The notes beneath the pieces were generated by a model. The model had not been told where the DNA came from. It made no database searches and saw only the letters and a list, made by a program, of their open reading frames with translations. 64,000 nucleotides of DNA. Origin: Macrostomum lignano (taxonomy: Eukaryota). The position numbers and the translations under genes were made by a program. The DNA lies in the NCBI GenBank assembly GCA_002269645.1, contig NIVC01002605.1, forward strand, positions 62,001-126,000. Reading direction: 5' to 3'. Below, piece by piece: positions 22,030 to 34,019 of the stretch (positions are counted from its first letter, which is position 1; every line of letters begins with the position of its first letter).

Positions 22030-23250
22030 GAGGGTAGCGCCGTCCCATTGACGCGTCGAGCAACAGGGTTGAGGGGAAGGGAGGGTGCCGCCATCCCATT
22101 AAAGCATCGAGCAACAGTAAAGGGGAAGGGAGGGTGCTGCCATCCCATTAAAGCATCGAGCAACAGTAAAGGGGAAGGGAGGGTGCTGCCATCCCATTAA
22201 AGCATCGAGCAACAGTAAAGGGGAAGGGAGGGTGCTGCCATCCCATTAAAGCATCGAGCAACAGGGTGGAGGGGAAGGGGAGGGTGCTGCCATCCTATTA
22301 AAGCATCAAGCAACAGGTTGGAGGGGAAGGGGAGGGTGCTGCCATCCCATTAAAGCATCAAGCAACAGGGTGGAGGGGAAGGGGAGGGTGCTGCCATCCC
22401 ATTAAAGCATCGAGCAACAGTAAAGGGGAAGGGAGGGTGCTGCCATCCTATTAAAGCATCAAGCAACAGTAAAGGGGAAGGGAGGGTGCTGCCATCCCAT
22501 TAAAGCATCGAGCAACAGTAAAGGGGAAGTGAGGGTGCTGCCATCCCATTAAAGCATCGAGCAACAGTAAAGGGGAAGGGGAGGGTGCTGCCATCCCATT
22601 AAAGCATCGAGCAACAGTAAAGGGGAAGGGAGGGTGCTGCCATCCCATTAAAGCATCGAGCAACAGGGTGGAGGGGAAGGGGAGGGTGCTGCCATCCTAT
22701 TAAAGCATCAAGCAACAGGTTGGAGGGGAAGGGAGGGTGCTGCCATTCTATTAAAGCATCAAGCAACAGGGTGGAGGGGAAGGGGAGGGTGCTGCCATCC
22801 TATTAAAGCATCGAGTAACAGGGTGGAGGGGAAGGGGAGGGTGCTGCCATCCCATTAAAGCATCGAGCAACAGTAAAGGGGAAGGGAGGGTGCTGCCATC
22901 CCATTAAAGCATCGAGCAACAGTAAAGGGGAAGTGAGGGTGCTGCCATCCCATTAAAGCATCGAGCAACAGTAAAGGGGAAGTGAGGGTGCTGCCATCCC
23001 ATTAAAGCATCGAGCAACAGTAAAGGGGAAGTGAGGGTGCTGCCATCCCATTAAAGCATCGAGCAACAGTAAAGGGGAAGTGAGGGTGCTGCCATCCCAT
23101 TAAAGCATCGAGCAACAGGGTGGAGGGGAGGGGAGGGTAGCGCCATCCCATAAAAAAATCGAGCAAATCGAGCAATTAAAGCATCAACGCATGGGAGCAT
23201 CCAGCAACATGGAGAAGGGTAGCGCCATCCCATTAAAGCATCGACGATGG
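22030..23250. repeat. Intronic minisatellite, ~48-50 bp (ggtgctgccatcccattaaagcatcgagcaacagtaaaggggaaggga)
   Basis: ~23 tandem copies. Confidence 0.95.
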
Positions 23251-23263
23251 ACAATGTACAAAC

Positions 23264-23509
23264 CTGCATCAGTTTGGTGTCAGCCTGCTGGAAGGTGAGC
23301 TTGGCCGCCACGCCGGCAGCCGCCTCGGCGGTGAAAGGCTGATCCAGCGGATGGAGCAGCTCGGCCGGCTGGGCGCCGAATTTACAAACGGCCAGCTGGC
23401 CGGACTCGATGGTGTTCAGTGCGCCAGACAGCACGGCTAGCGAGTCCACAGTGAACTGGTCAGCTCGGTTGGCCAGCATCGACTGGCTGTCGTCTATGGC
23501 CAAAAGCAC
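23264..23509 (-). CDS. MDN1: Midasin exon (MIDAS DxSxS motif)
   Basis: VLLAIDDSQSM...GQLAVCKFG...FQQADTKLMQ; phase 0/0. Confidence 0.96.
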
Positions 23510-24166
23510 CTTGACGTTGAAAAAGACAGACGGCAAATATCGACAGGTGACAAGTGGAGAAATTTCAATACACACTCGTAGTTAAAACGGAACTATTATA
23601 AATTATAACTTTTACGACCTAGAATGTAGGGATGCAGCGGAAATTAACGTCAAAATATCCGGGATCGATTTTGTGTGCGATCAAATAAATTTAGAAATCG
23701 GTCTGGGAGTTTCCAGATGAAAGCGGTACCCAGGCCAAGAAGCGTCCCAGGGTCAATTGCGTCGCCCCAGAGTCGCTGCAACTAACACAGGTAAAATAGG
23801 AAAAGGTGACTCTGGACGACTCTAAAACTCATCTAAGAGTCGTCTTAAGAGTCAATTTGAGGCGTTTTATTGCCTGCGACTTTGATCGAAACGACTCTGG
23901 GGCCGTAGAGCTCTACTAGTCGTATTTGAGGCGTGCTGCAGTCGTTAAAAAGTCGTTAAAAAGTCAAAAGAGCTGCCCCAGAGTCGCTAGAGTCACTAGT
24001 GAGTTGTCTAACTAGTTACTTTTTAGCCATTCTTGACTGCCCCCGATTTGATAGACACAACTTGACCAATATCTAAGACCTATCTAAGACCTAGCCTGCA
24101 ATTCAACCCACATCAAATATCCGCTAGTTTGGCCTACAACAAGAAAAAACCAATTCAAAAGCCGAC

Positions 24167-27100
24167 CTGATACTCCCGCTTGCTGGGCTTGCACCTGCGC
24201 AGCCAAATTCGATCTTTGCGCATCTGGCTGGCCACGTAGGGCACCAGTTTGCGCATGTTGAGCCGACGGCCGCTTCTATAATCGCCCTGCAGCCTGGCCG
24301 CTCTAGTCGGCTGCAGCACCGCGCGCAGCTGCTCGGCCAGCTGGCGGCTCAGCGACTCCGTCCGGCGTTGACACTCTGCCCAGGCTGTCAGGGCGGCAGT
24401 CGCAGGCGGCCCAGTCGTTGACAACGCCATCTGCACCGGCGGCTGCGTTTGCAGCATCGACGGCGTGGCCTCCTCTTGGCGATGTCCTCCGGACAGTTTG
24501 TCGACGATCGCCGAGGTGAAGAAGGCCGGCCCGCGCTCCGCCTGCGCCGTGGCCAGCAGATCTTCTGGCCGGCTGGCCGTCGGCGGCTCCGGCGTGCCCG
24601 GCGGCGACTCCTCGGCCAGATCGCCGTCCGGCCGGAGCTCCGAGCGTCGGTTTCGCTGTTGAAGCGGCTTCTGCTTGGACTGCTCAGCTGGCTGATCATC
24701 TGCATCGGGTTCCAGCCTCTCTAGCTGCTCTTTGTCCTTAGCTGTCGTGTCTTCGTCCTGCTGATCGTCATCAGAGCCCAGACGAGCCCGATTGTGGTCC
24801 CGACCGGCGCTGTCCAGAGCTTCAGCGTCTTCGGTCGGCTGTTCGGCCTCGTCATCTCGCGGCGCCAAGTGCTGGTACGTGTCCGCCTCGGTGCCTTCGT
24901 GATCCTCATCATCGGCATTGTCGTCTTCCTTACCGGCCTCCACCAAATTGGCTCGCCGTTTCGACTTTGAATCGTCGGCATCAGCCCGATCGACGTTGGT
25001 TCGCCGATGCTGCGCCTCCTCGGCCTCTGGACGTCGTCGTCGACGACTTTGTCGCTGCTGCTGCTGCTGCTGACGGTTAGCGCCGTCTTGGCTGTCCGGT
25101 TGGCGCCGGCGCCAGCTCTGACTGTCCGGCTGGTTGTCGTCGTCGTCTCCAGAGTCTGGCGCGGTGTCGTTTGCCGTCGTCGACTGCTGGCAACCGGTGG
25201 CGTTTGAAGAATCCAACGACCGCTGCTGCTGCTGCTGCTGCTGACTGTGCGACGCTGCTGACTGTTGTTGCTGCTGCTGCGAGCTGGCGCCTTGGCCGCT
25301 GCCTCCGTTCGCTCCTGTGGCATTGGCTTCTCCATCAGCCTCTTCTGTAACCTGCTGCTGCTGTTGCTGAGTGTCAGCGTCCGTAGAGTCTGGCAGCCAA
25401 GCGTCTTCTTGTTCCTGCCGCTGCTGATCAGCCTCGGACTCCGCATCATCATCTGCGTCCATTGGCTCCGCTTTGGCGTCACCCTGCTGCTCATCTTCAT
25501 CCTGGCCATCGTTGTCAGCTTCCTTCTCATCGTTGCCGCGCTCGTTGTCGTTGTTGTTGTCGCCGTCGCCATCATCGCCCTCAATTTGGCCTTCGGGCAT
25601 TTCAAATAGCGGCGCCTCCTCTTCGGCCGCCGCCGCCGCGGACTCGTCCGGCAAAGCGGCAGCGCCGTCTTCGTCCATCGGCTCCTCTGCTTCATCATCC
25701 TTCTCAGCTTCCTTCTCGCCTTTCTTCTTTGCCGGCTTTTTCTTCCTGTCTTCTTCCTCATTGGCGGCATCGCCCGGCTTGGATTGCTGCTGCTCGTTCT
25801 CGTCGACTCCCACCGCGGAGGCCTCCTGCTCCTCGGCCGCCACCCCAGGCCCGCGCTCCTCCCGCTTCTTTTTCTCCTCCTCGTCGGCCCCGCCCTCCTT
25901 GTCGTCCTCGCCTTTCTCGTCATCCTCTTTGCCCCAGAAATTCCTGTCGATGTCGTCGGCCTCGGCGTCTCCTAAATCGGCCATCTGCCGGTCCAGGTCC
26001 TCCTCCGCCTGGTTGTCCTCATCTTCGCCATCCCGCTGATTGTCTTCATCCTTCGTCTTGTCCTTGTCGTCAAACATGGGCGCATTGAAATCGTCGGACA
26101 TCTCGACACCGTCCGGCTGCTCCTGGATGTCCTTCTGTTGATCCTCATTGTCGCCTTCTTTGTCGCCTTTCAAGCCTTCTAGCTGATCCTCGGATTCAAT
26201 CTGTTCGCTGACATCTGTGGCGCCTTCGCCTTCGCCGAGACCGCCGCCGGCGACGTCTTTGAATTGGCGACCATTGGCGCTGTCGGCGGCCGCTGAGCTG
26301 TCGTCCTCTTCGGCGAATGGCGGCGGACGGCAATAGCCGTTGGCTAGGAGGTCGTGGAACACCGAATTGAGCACAGACCAGAGCTGGGCCAGGTGGCGCA
26401 GGGCCGCCAGCCCGGACGCCAGGTAAGGCGCGTACAGATGCTGCAGGAAAGCTATCAGTGGCTCAGAAGCAGCCTTAGCGGCGTTGAAATCTTCAGTTGG
26501 CGAGCAGTCGATCAGGTCTACAAGGCGATCGGCCGCTGCTAGCAGAGACGGCACAGTGAGAGTGCGGTCCAGGCTGAATAAAACCGTCAGCGGGGCAGCG
26601 ACAGACAGCTGGCGGTCAGCAGTGTCCGAGTCTTCATTACAGCCTTGGTCAGCCTTGGCCAAGGCCTGGGAGCAGGACAGCACGGATTTAACCAGCGCCT
26701 CGGCGCATTCAACCATCGAAGCTGAGCTGGTTGAACAGCAGCTGGGTGACTGTTCCGCAACTGAGCCGTTCTCGACTTCGCCAGAGGCCGCCTCGATGGC
26801 GTCAGCTATGCTGTTGAACGGATTCACCAGCACCTGGCCGTCCGCTGGGCGGCGGTGCAGCTCGGCCAGCTGGCGGAGAGCGCCAGGCAGCCAGCCGGCG
26901 AGGCTGTTGTCAGGCGGAGGCCGCAGCAGCTCGGCAGCCGCTGACGGCCTGGCGTAGGCGGGACAGTCGCTGCCGTCGCCTTGGCATCCCGCCGTCCCCG
27001 CCGCCGGCTGCAGCCCGGAGAAGTACTCGGCCCACTGGCTGGCCGTCGAGTTGCAGGCGGCTTCGAGACGACAAAGCGACAAGCGTCGGCGCGGAGTGAC

Positions 27101-27329
27101 CGGCGCAGCGGCGGCGGTCTCGGCAGCGGCGGCCAGCCGGACGAAGCTGGCCGCGTGCCTGGACAGCAGGCGGCAGAGATCGGCTAGCAGGCGTTGTAGA
27201 TGAAGCGAGAAGCCGTCGCAGCGCTCGATGCCGTCCAGTCCGAGCTCCTTGGTGCAGGCGCCGCCAGTCAGCGTTGAAGTCATAGCCAGGCGCCTGTGCA
27301 TTCCGCGCAGCAGATGCTGGCCAGCGTGG
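24167..27329 (-). CDS. MDN1: Midasin exon (end of linker, Asp/Glu-rich region, start of MIDAS)
   Basis: LLANGYCRPP, GGGLGEGEGATDVSEQIESEDQ, acidic tract, LQPTRAARLQGDYRSGRRLNMRKLVPYVAS...KPSKREYQ. Confidence 0.97.
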
Positions 27330-27379
27330 CTGCAATTTTAATAAACAATAGTAGCTTCAATTATCTGACTGGAGCCAAA

Positions 27380-27590
27380 AAATACACAAGCTCGAAACTT
27401 GACAAGCTCGAAACTCTACAAGCTCGAAATTTGACAAGCTCGAAATTTGACAAGCTCGAAACTCAACAAGTTCGAAACTTGACAAGCTCAAAACTCAACA
27501 AGCTCGAAATTTGACAAGCTCGAAACTCAACAAGCTCGAAATTAGACAAGCTCGAAACTTGACAAGTTTGGAAATTGACAAGCTCTAGAA
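27380..27590. repeat. Intronic minisatellite, 16 bp (caagctcgaaacttga)
   Basis: ~12 tandem copies. Confidence 0.9.
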
Positions 27591-27678
27591 GTCTCTCCGG
27601 TGGACTCATTTCGACAATATAAAATCTCGAGCTTGTGGGGCCGCCTTCCCTTTTAGATTCCAGTTCACTGGAGCTCAC

Positions 27679-27872
27679 CAATCGCGCTGATGAAATGAGG
27701 CAAAGCTGAACAGCAGGCAGCGGTGCTCATCCAGACTGCTCAAAGCAGCCAGCCGGCCTTTGCGATAGGAGAGGCCGGCCTGTTGCAGTGTCTTGAACAG
27801 GTCAGACAGGGCCTTGCGCTTCAGACGCTGGATTTGGCTGGCCTGACGCTCGTAGCGCTCTCTGCTGTCGGT
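27679..27872 (-). CDS. MDN1: Midasin exon (linker)
   Basis: QRLKRKALSDLFKTLQQAGLSYRKG conserved midasin motif; phase 0/2. Confidence 0.9.
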
Positions 27873-28029
27873 CTGAGGATTAGCGAGCCAGATAACTAGC
27901 CAATTAACCTGCCCAGACTCGCAGATCGAAAAACTAACTGCTAGTTTACGTTGACATTGTTCGAAATAAACTCGGTTAAGCAACCCATAGTAACCTGAAT
28001 CCCACACCTCATTACCTAACCCTACACCA

Positions 28030-28570
28030 CTCACTTGATAATCCCACACCCACTAACTGATAATCCCAAACCCACAAATCCAACATCCCATCACCTGATA
28101 GTCCCAAACCCACAAATCCAACATCCCATCACCTGATAATCCCACACCCACAAATCCAACATCCCATCACCTGATAATCCCACACCCACTAACTGATAAT
28201 CCCAAACCCACAAATCCAACATCCCATCACCTGATAATCCCAAACCCACAAATCCAACATCCCATCACCTGATAATCCCACACCCACTAACTGATAATCC
28301 CACACCTATCACCTGATAATAACACGCCTCACTACCTGATAATCCCACACCTATCACCTGATAATAACACGCCTCACCACCTGATAATCCCACACCTATC
28401 ACCTGATAATAACACGCCTCACCACCTGATAATCCCACACCTATCACCTGATAATAACACGCCTCACCACCTGATAATCCCACACCCACTAATTCCACAT
28501 CCCATCACCTGATAATCCCACACCCACTAACTGATAATCCCACACCCACCAGCGGATAATCCCACAAGAT
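28030..28570. repeat. Intronic minisatellite (ctgataatcccacacc-based, variable 20-40 bp)
   Basis: Tandem copies visible. Confidence 0.9.
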
Positions 28571-28676
28571 TAGAAAATTCCTCAATCACATTAAAAACTC
28601 ACCCATACTGAAGTCCCACAATGAGCAGCATAAAATCCTGAAACAGCCACCAACTCCCTCACTCCCCTCTACTAAC

Positions 28677-29144
28677 CTGCTCCGGTGCCATATCCCGAAG
28701 CTGCCGACTAGATTCAACAATGCGCTGGCAAAGTTCGGCCACGCCGCTCACGGATGACGTCACCGCTGCGGCAGCTTCCGACGCAGCCGAAGTCGGCGCC
28801 AACCGACGAATTCGTTCGGCCAGTTGCGGACTGCGTGGCAAAAATTCCGCTTCAAATTTCGCTAGCTCGCTAGATACTACTACAGTAGTAGGCTTGGCAA
28901 GTTCCGCTGTCAGTTGGGTTGCAAAATGGGCCACTTCGTCGCCTTCGCTCAAGTCGACGTCGCTATTTGTACTTTTATGATTAGCCGACTCCGGCAGGCT
29001 GAAACAGCCGGCTGACAGGGCGGACTCGCGCAGCAGCTCCTCCAGCTGTTTGACAGCCTTTAGCACCGCCCGATGCGACCGATCCACTGAGGCCCGCACC
29101 GACCAGAAGTTCATGTCGCTCCATTTTACTATTTTAATAAAATC
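28677..29144 (-). CDS. MDN1: Midasin exon (linker)
   Basis: DFIKIVKWSDMNFWSVRASVDRSHR parallels EFVKISKWND-FW of other midasins; ttgtag acceptor. Confidence 0.9.
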
Positions 29145-29229
29145 CTACAATCCATGTTTTTAAGAGGTACAATTTAATTCAACAATTTAAAATTATGCAG
29201 AATAAAAAATAAAAAGCGCGGAGAGATAG

Positions 29230-29312
29230 AAAGATATTAGGAGAGATAGAGCCGCAGTAAGAGGGAGATAGGAGAGGTAGACCCAAACACAGAGAGATAG
29301 GATAGGAAGATC

Positions 29313-29383
<71 letters not shown>

Positions 29384-29860
29384 ACAGAGAGAGGGGAAGA
29401 TAGGAGAGGTAATTCCACACATAGAGAGGGAGATAGGAGAGGTAGATCCACACATAGAGAGGGAGATAGGAGAGGTAGATCCACACATAGAGAGGGAGAT
29501 AGGAGAGGTAGATCCACACACACACAGAGGGAGATAGGAGAGGTAGATCCACATGCAGAGAGAGAGAGGGAGATAGGAGAGGTAGATCCACATGCAGAGA
29601 GAGAGGGAGATAGGAGAGGTAGATCCACATGCAGAGAGAGAGAGGGAGATAGGAGAGGTAGATCCACATGCAGAGAGAGAGGGAGATAGGAGAGGTAGAT
29701 CCACATGCAGAGAGAGAGGGAGATAGGAGAGGTAGATTCACATGCAGAGAGAGAGGGAGATAGGAGAGGTAGATCCACATGCAGAGAGAGAGAGAGGGAG
29801 ATAGGAGAGGTAGATCCACATGCAGAGAGAGAGAGGGAGATAGGAGAGGTAGATTCACAG
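29230..29860. repeat. Intronic minisatellite ~37 bp (gagagagggagataggagaggtagatccacatgca) plus (CA)n(GA)n microsatellite
   Basis: Tandem copies; compound microsatellite at ~29315-29380. Confidence 0.93.
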
Positions 29861-29894
29861 AAGAGATCCGCACAAAAGCCGAACAAAAACTCGC

Positions 29895-30243
29895 CTTAAG
29901 CTGAGACTCGACCCCGGCCCGCCGCTCTCTAGCCGCCGCGGCCACGGCCGGCAGATACTGGGCATAGTAGGCGCGCGCATTGGCCAACACGGAGCGGCAC
30001 TGGTCGTCAAGAAGCCAATCATCAGACAGCCGCTCCAGCAGGCCCACGCAGTCCAGTCTGGCTGAGAAGTCGCCCAGACTGGCTCGGTCAAGGAACTGGC
30101 AAAGCGACTGGCACAGCTGGCTGGCGTTGCACTTCTGAGCTGGCTGAGTACAGTCGTTGAGTATGCCGGCTAGGGGCAGGAGCCAGCGAGCGGCTGACTG
30201 GCGGAAGCGCCACTGGCAATGGTCTAGACAGGCCTTCCAGCTG
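29895..30243 (-). CDS. MDN1: Midasin exon (linker), followed by a GC-AG intron
   Basis: SWKACLDH...ASLGDFSARL...LANARAYYAQY...ESQLK; donor AAG|GCGAGT. Confidence 0.88.
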
Positions 30244-30329
30244 CTGCAAGATTCCAGTTTGCGGCTTGAATTATTGTAGGCGAACTGGCGAATAATATCC
30301 CCCCGCACTGAATCGATGAATCCGTTAAG

Positions 30330-31170
30330 TAAGCCTACGAATCTACCGACTAAACCAAATTAATCTGCCAACACAAGCCCGGAATCTACCGAAAAAAACT
30401 AAATTAATCTGCCAACACAAGCCAGAATCTACCGACTAAACTACACTGAATCTGCCAACACAAGCCCGGAATCTACCGACTAAACTACACTGAATCTGCA
30501 AGTGTAAACGCACACAACCTGCAAAGAAAGTCCCGAATCTACAACTAAACCAAAAAACTGCCAACTAAATCCTGAATCTACCAAAGAAACCCCGAATCTA
30601 TCAAATAAACCCCGAATCCACCAAATAAACCCCGAATCCACCAAATAAACCCCGAATCTATCAAATAAAACCCCTAATCCACCAAATAAACCCCGAATCC
30701 ACCAAAATAAAACCCCGAATCCACCAAATAAACCCCGAATCCACCAAATAAACCCCGAATCTATCAAATAAAACCCCTAATCCACCAAATAAACCCCGAA
30801 TCCACCAAAATAAACCCCGAATCTATCAAATAAACCCCGAATCCACCAAATAAACCCCGAATCTATCAAATAAAACCCCTATTCCACTAAATAAACCCCG
30901 AATCCACCAAAATAAACCCCGAATCCACCAAATAAACCCCGAATCCACCAAATAAACCCTGAATCTATCAAATAAACCCCGAATCCACCAAATAAACCCT
31001 GAATCTATCAAATAAACCCCGAATCCACCAAATAAACCCCGAATCCACCAAATAAACCCCGAATCCACCAAATAAACCCCGAATCTATAAAATAAACCTC
31101 GAATCCACCAAATAAACCCTGAATCTACCAAATAAACCCCGAATCTACCAACTAAACCCCGAATCTACCA
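30330..31170. repeat. Intronic minisatellite, ~20 bp (aataaaccccgaatccacca)
   Basis: Tandem copies. Confidence 0.93.
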
Positions 31171-31241
31171 ACGAAACTGTCTCATCTACCATCTAATGAC
31201 GACACGAGACCCGAATCCAACTATCCCCACAACGAACTCAC

Positions 31242-31432
31242 TTGAGCTCCATCCGTCGCCATTCGATGATAACGCCGGACAGCTGGCGCAGCTCCGTCAT
31301 TAGCGACACCTCGTGCGACGCCACCGCCTCCCAGCGCTGCAGTTCGGCCAGGACCAAATCCACTCCCGTGACGAACTTCATTAGCGGATCGCGAACGTTG
31401 AACGACATGACGCGTCCGGCCAGCTTCCTTAG
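31242..31432 (-). CDS. MDN1: Midasin exon (linker)
   Basis: PLMKFVTGVDLVLAELQRWEAVASHEVSL...WRRMEL; phase 0/2. Confidence 0.92.
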
Positions 31433-31658
31433 CTGGAATTCATAGCAAAAAAATGGAATATTGAGGCATTTTATTGGATTGGAGACACATGACTGAACTT
31501 TGGTACCGTAGTGTAGATTCGGGGTTTAGTTGGTAGATTCGGTGTTTTAGTTGGTAGATTCGGGAATTAAGTTGGTAGATTCTAAGGTAGTTGCTACCAT
31601 AATACAACGGGCATGCACATGCACAAATATTACGAAACAAAGCACAACACAAGCCAAC

Positions 31659-31912
31659 CTGCACAAGCGTAGCATTCTCCGGCCACTGTCCGAGCAGTTC
31701 GCCCAGTCGAATAGACAGGCGCGCCAAGGGCGCCAGACAAGCGGCGGCCGCGTCAGGCGCCGGATCTCGATAGACGTCGAGCGGCGCAGCCAGCAGACAG
31801 TCGGGATAGTCGGCGGACGCTGCAGATTCGGCGGCGGAGGAGGCGGCCGAGGCGATGAGGCTGGTCAGAGCCCGTAGGTGGCTGGCCAGCAGTTTGGGGT
31901 CGGCATCCGGGT
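31659..31912 (-). CDS. MDN1: Midasin exon (linker)
   Basis: DVYRDPAP...LLGQWPENATLVQ parallels DFY-HPN...WPEHP-L of other midasins; phase 1/0. Confidence 0.88.
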
Positions 31913-31949
31913 CTGCGGGAGAGGAAATCGTGTGGGAGTCGCGGGGCCT

Positions 31950-33606
31950 CTAACACTCACCAGTGAGTCACACACCCTCACCAGTGAGTCACACACCCTC
32001 ACCAGTGAGTCACACACTCACCAGTGAGTCACACACCCTCACCCGTGAGTCACACACCCTCACCAGTGAGTCACACACCCTCACCAGTGAGTCACACACT
32101 CACCAGTGAGTCACACACCCTCACCCGTGAGTCACACACCCTCACCAGTGAGTCACACACCCTCACCCGTGAGTCACACACCCTCACCAGTGAGTCACAC
32201 ACCCTCACCCGTGAGTTACACACCCTCACCAGTGAGTCACACACCCTCACCCGTGAGTCACACACCCTCACCAGTGAGTCACACAACCTCACCCGTGAGT
32301 CACACACCCTCACCAGTGAGTCACACCCTCACCAGTGAGTCACACACCCTCACCCGTGAGTCACACACCCTCACCCGTGAGTCACACACCCTCACCCGTG
32401 AGTCACACACCCTCACCCGTGAGTCACACACCCTCACCCGTGAGTCACACACCCTCACCCGTGAGTCACACACCCTCACCCGTGAGTCACACACCCTCAC
32501 CAGTGAGTCACACAACCTCACCCGTGAGTCACACACCCTCACCCGTGAGTCACACACCCTCACCAGTGAGGCACACACCCTCACCAGTGAGTCACACACC
32601 CTCACCAGTGAGTCACACACTCACCAGTGAGTCACACACCCTCACCAGTGAGTCACACACCCTCACCAGTGAGTCACACACCCTCACCAGTGAGTCACAC
32701 ACCCTCACCAGTGAGTCACACACTCACCAGTGAGTCACACACCCTCACCCGTGAGTCACACACCCTCACCAGTGAGTCACACACCCTCACCCGTGAGTCA
32801 CACACCCTCACCAGTGAGTCACACACCCTCACCCGTGAGTTACACACCCTCACCAGTGAGTCACACACCCTCACCCGTGAGTCACACACCCTCACCCGTG
32901 AGTCACACACCCTCACCCGTGAGTCACACACCCTTACCAGAGAGTCACATACCCTCACCAGTGAGTCACACAACCTCACCCGTGAGTCCCACACCCTCAC
33001 CAGTGAGTCACACCCTCACCAGTGAGTCACACACCCTCACCCGTGAGTCACACACCCTCACCAGTGAGTCACACACCCTCACCCGTGAGTCACACACCCT
33101 TATCCGTGAGTCACACATCCTCACAGTGAGTCACATACTCTCACCACTGAGTCACATACTCTCACCAGAGAGTCACATACCCTCACCAGTGAGTCACACA
33201 ACCTCACCACTGAGTCACATACTCTCACCAGAGAGTCACATACCCTCACCAGTGAGTCACACAACCTCACCAGTGAGTCACACATCCTCACCAGTGAGTC
33301 ACACACCCTCACCCGTGAGTCACACACCCTCACCAGTGAGTCACACATCCTCACCAGTGAGTCACATACTCTCACCAGAGAGTCACATACCCTCACCAGT
33401 GAGTCACACAACCTCACCCGTGAGTCACACATCCTCACCAGTGAGTCACATACTCTCACCAGAGAGTCACATACCCTCACCAGTGAGTCACACAACCTCA
33501 CCCGTGAGTCACACATCCTCACCAGTGAGTCACATACTCTCACCAGGGAGTCACATACCCTCACCAGTGCGTCACACACCCTCACCAGTAAGTCACACAC
33601 CCTCAC
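31950..33606. repeat. Intronic minisatellite, 21 bp (gtgagtcacacaccctcacc[a/c]), ~78 copies
   Basis: Fills intron 31913-33606 and includes the splice donor itself. Confidence 0.96.
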
Positions 33607-33995
33607 CCGATTCACGCACTATCCCATTCAGCTGGTCGTAGCACACCCAATCATCGGAGCACTTACCCAAGAAGCGGCCGTCTCGAGCAGCATCAGAGCA
33701 CAGGTCGCCAGCCAGTCGGTAGCAACAGTCGGCCAGCCGGGCAGTCAGCTGTCCGTCACGATCACCGTCGGCAGCACGCTGCAGGGCGCACATCAGCAGC
33801 AGCCGGTCTCGATCCGAGAATTCCTCACTATCCTTCTTGGCCTCGTTAGCGCTTTTTGCTTTTTCATCATCTGAAGTCATCGTCATCGTGGAGGTCAGCA
33901 GGTCGGCGTAGCAGTCGTTGAAGTCAGGGAATGCTAGGCGCAGATCGGCTTCGAACTGCTCCTCGGTGGTGCGCGTCTCTAGGCGCGAGTGCTCC
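33607..33995 (-). CDS. MDN1: Midasin exon (linker)
   Basis: EHSRLET...EADLRLAFPDFNDCYADL; phase 2/1. Confidence 0.88.
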
Positions 33996-34019
33996 CTAAG
34001 TAGGTAGGGTAGTTCAGCG

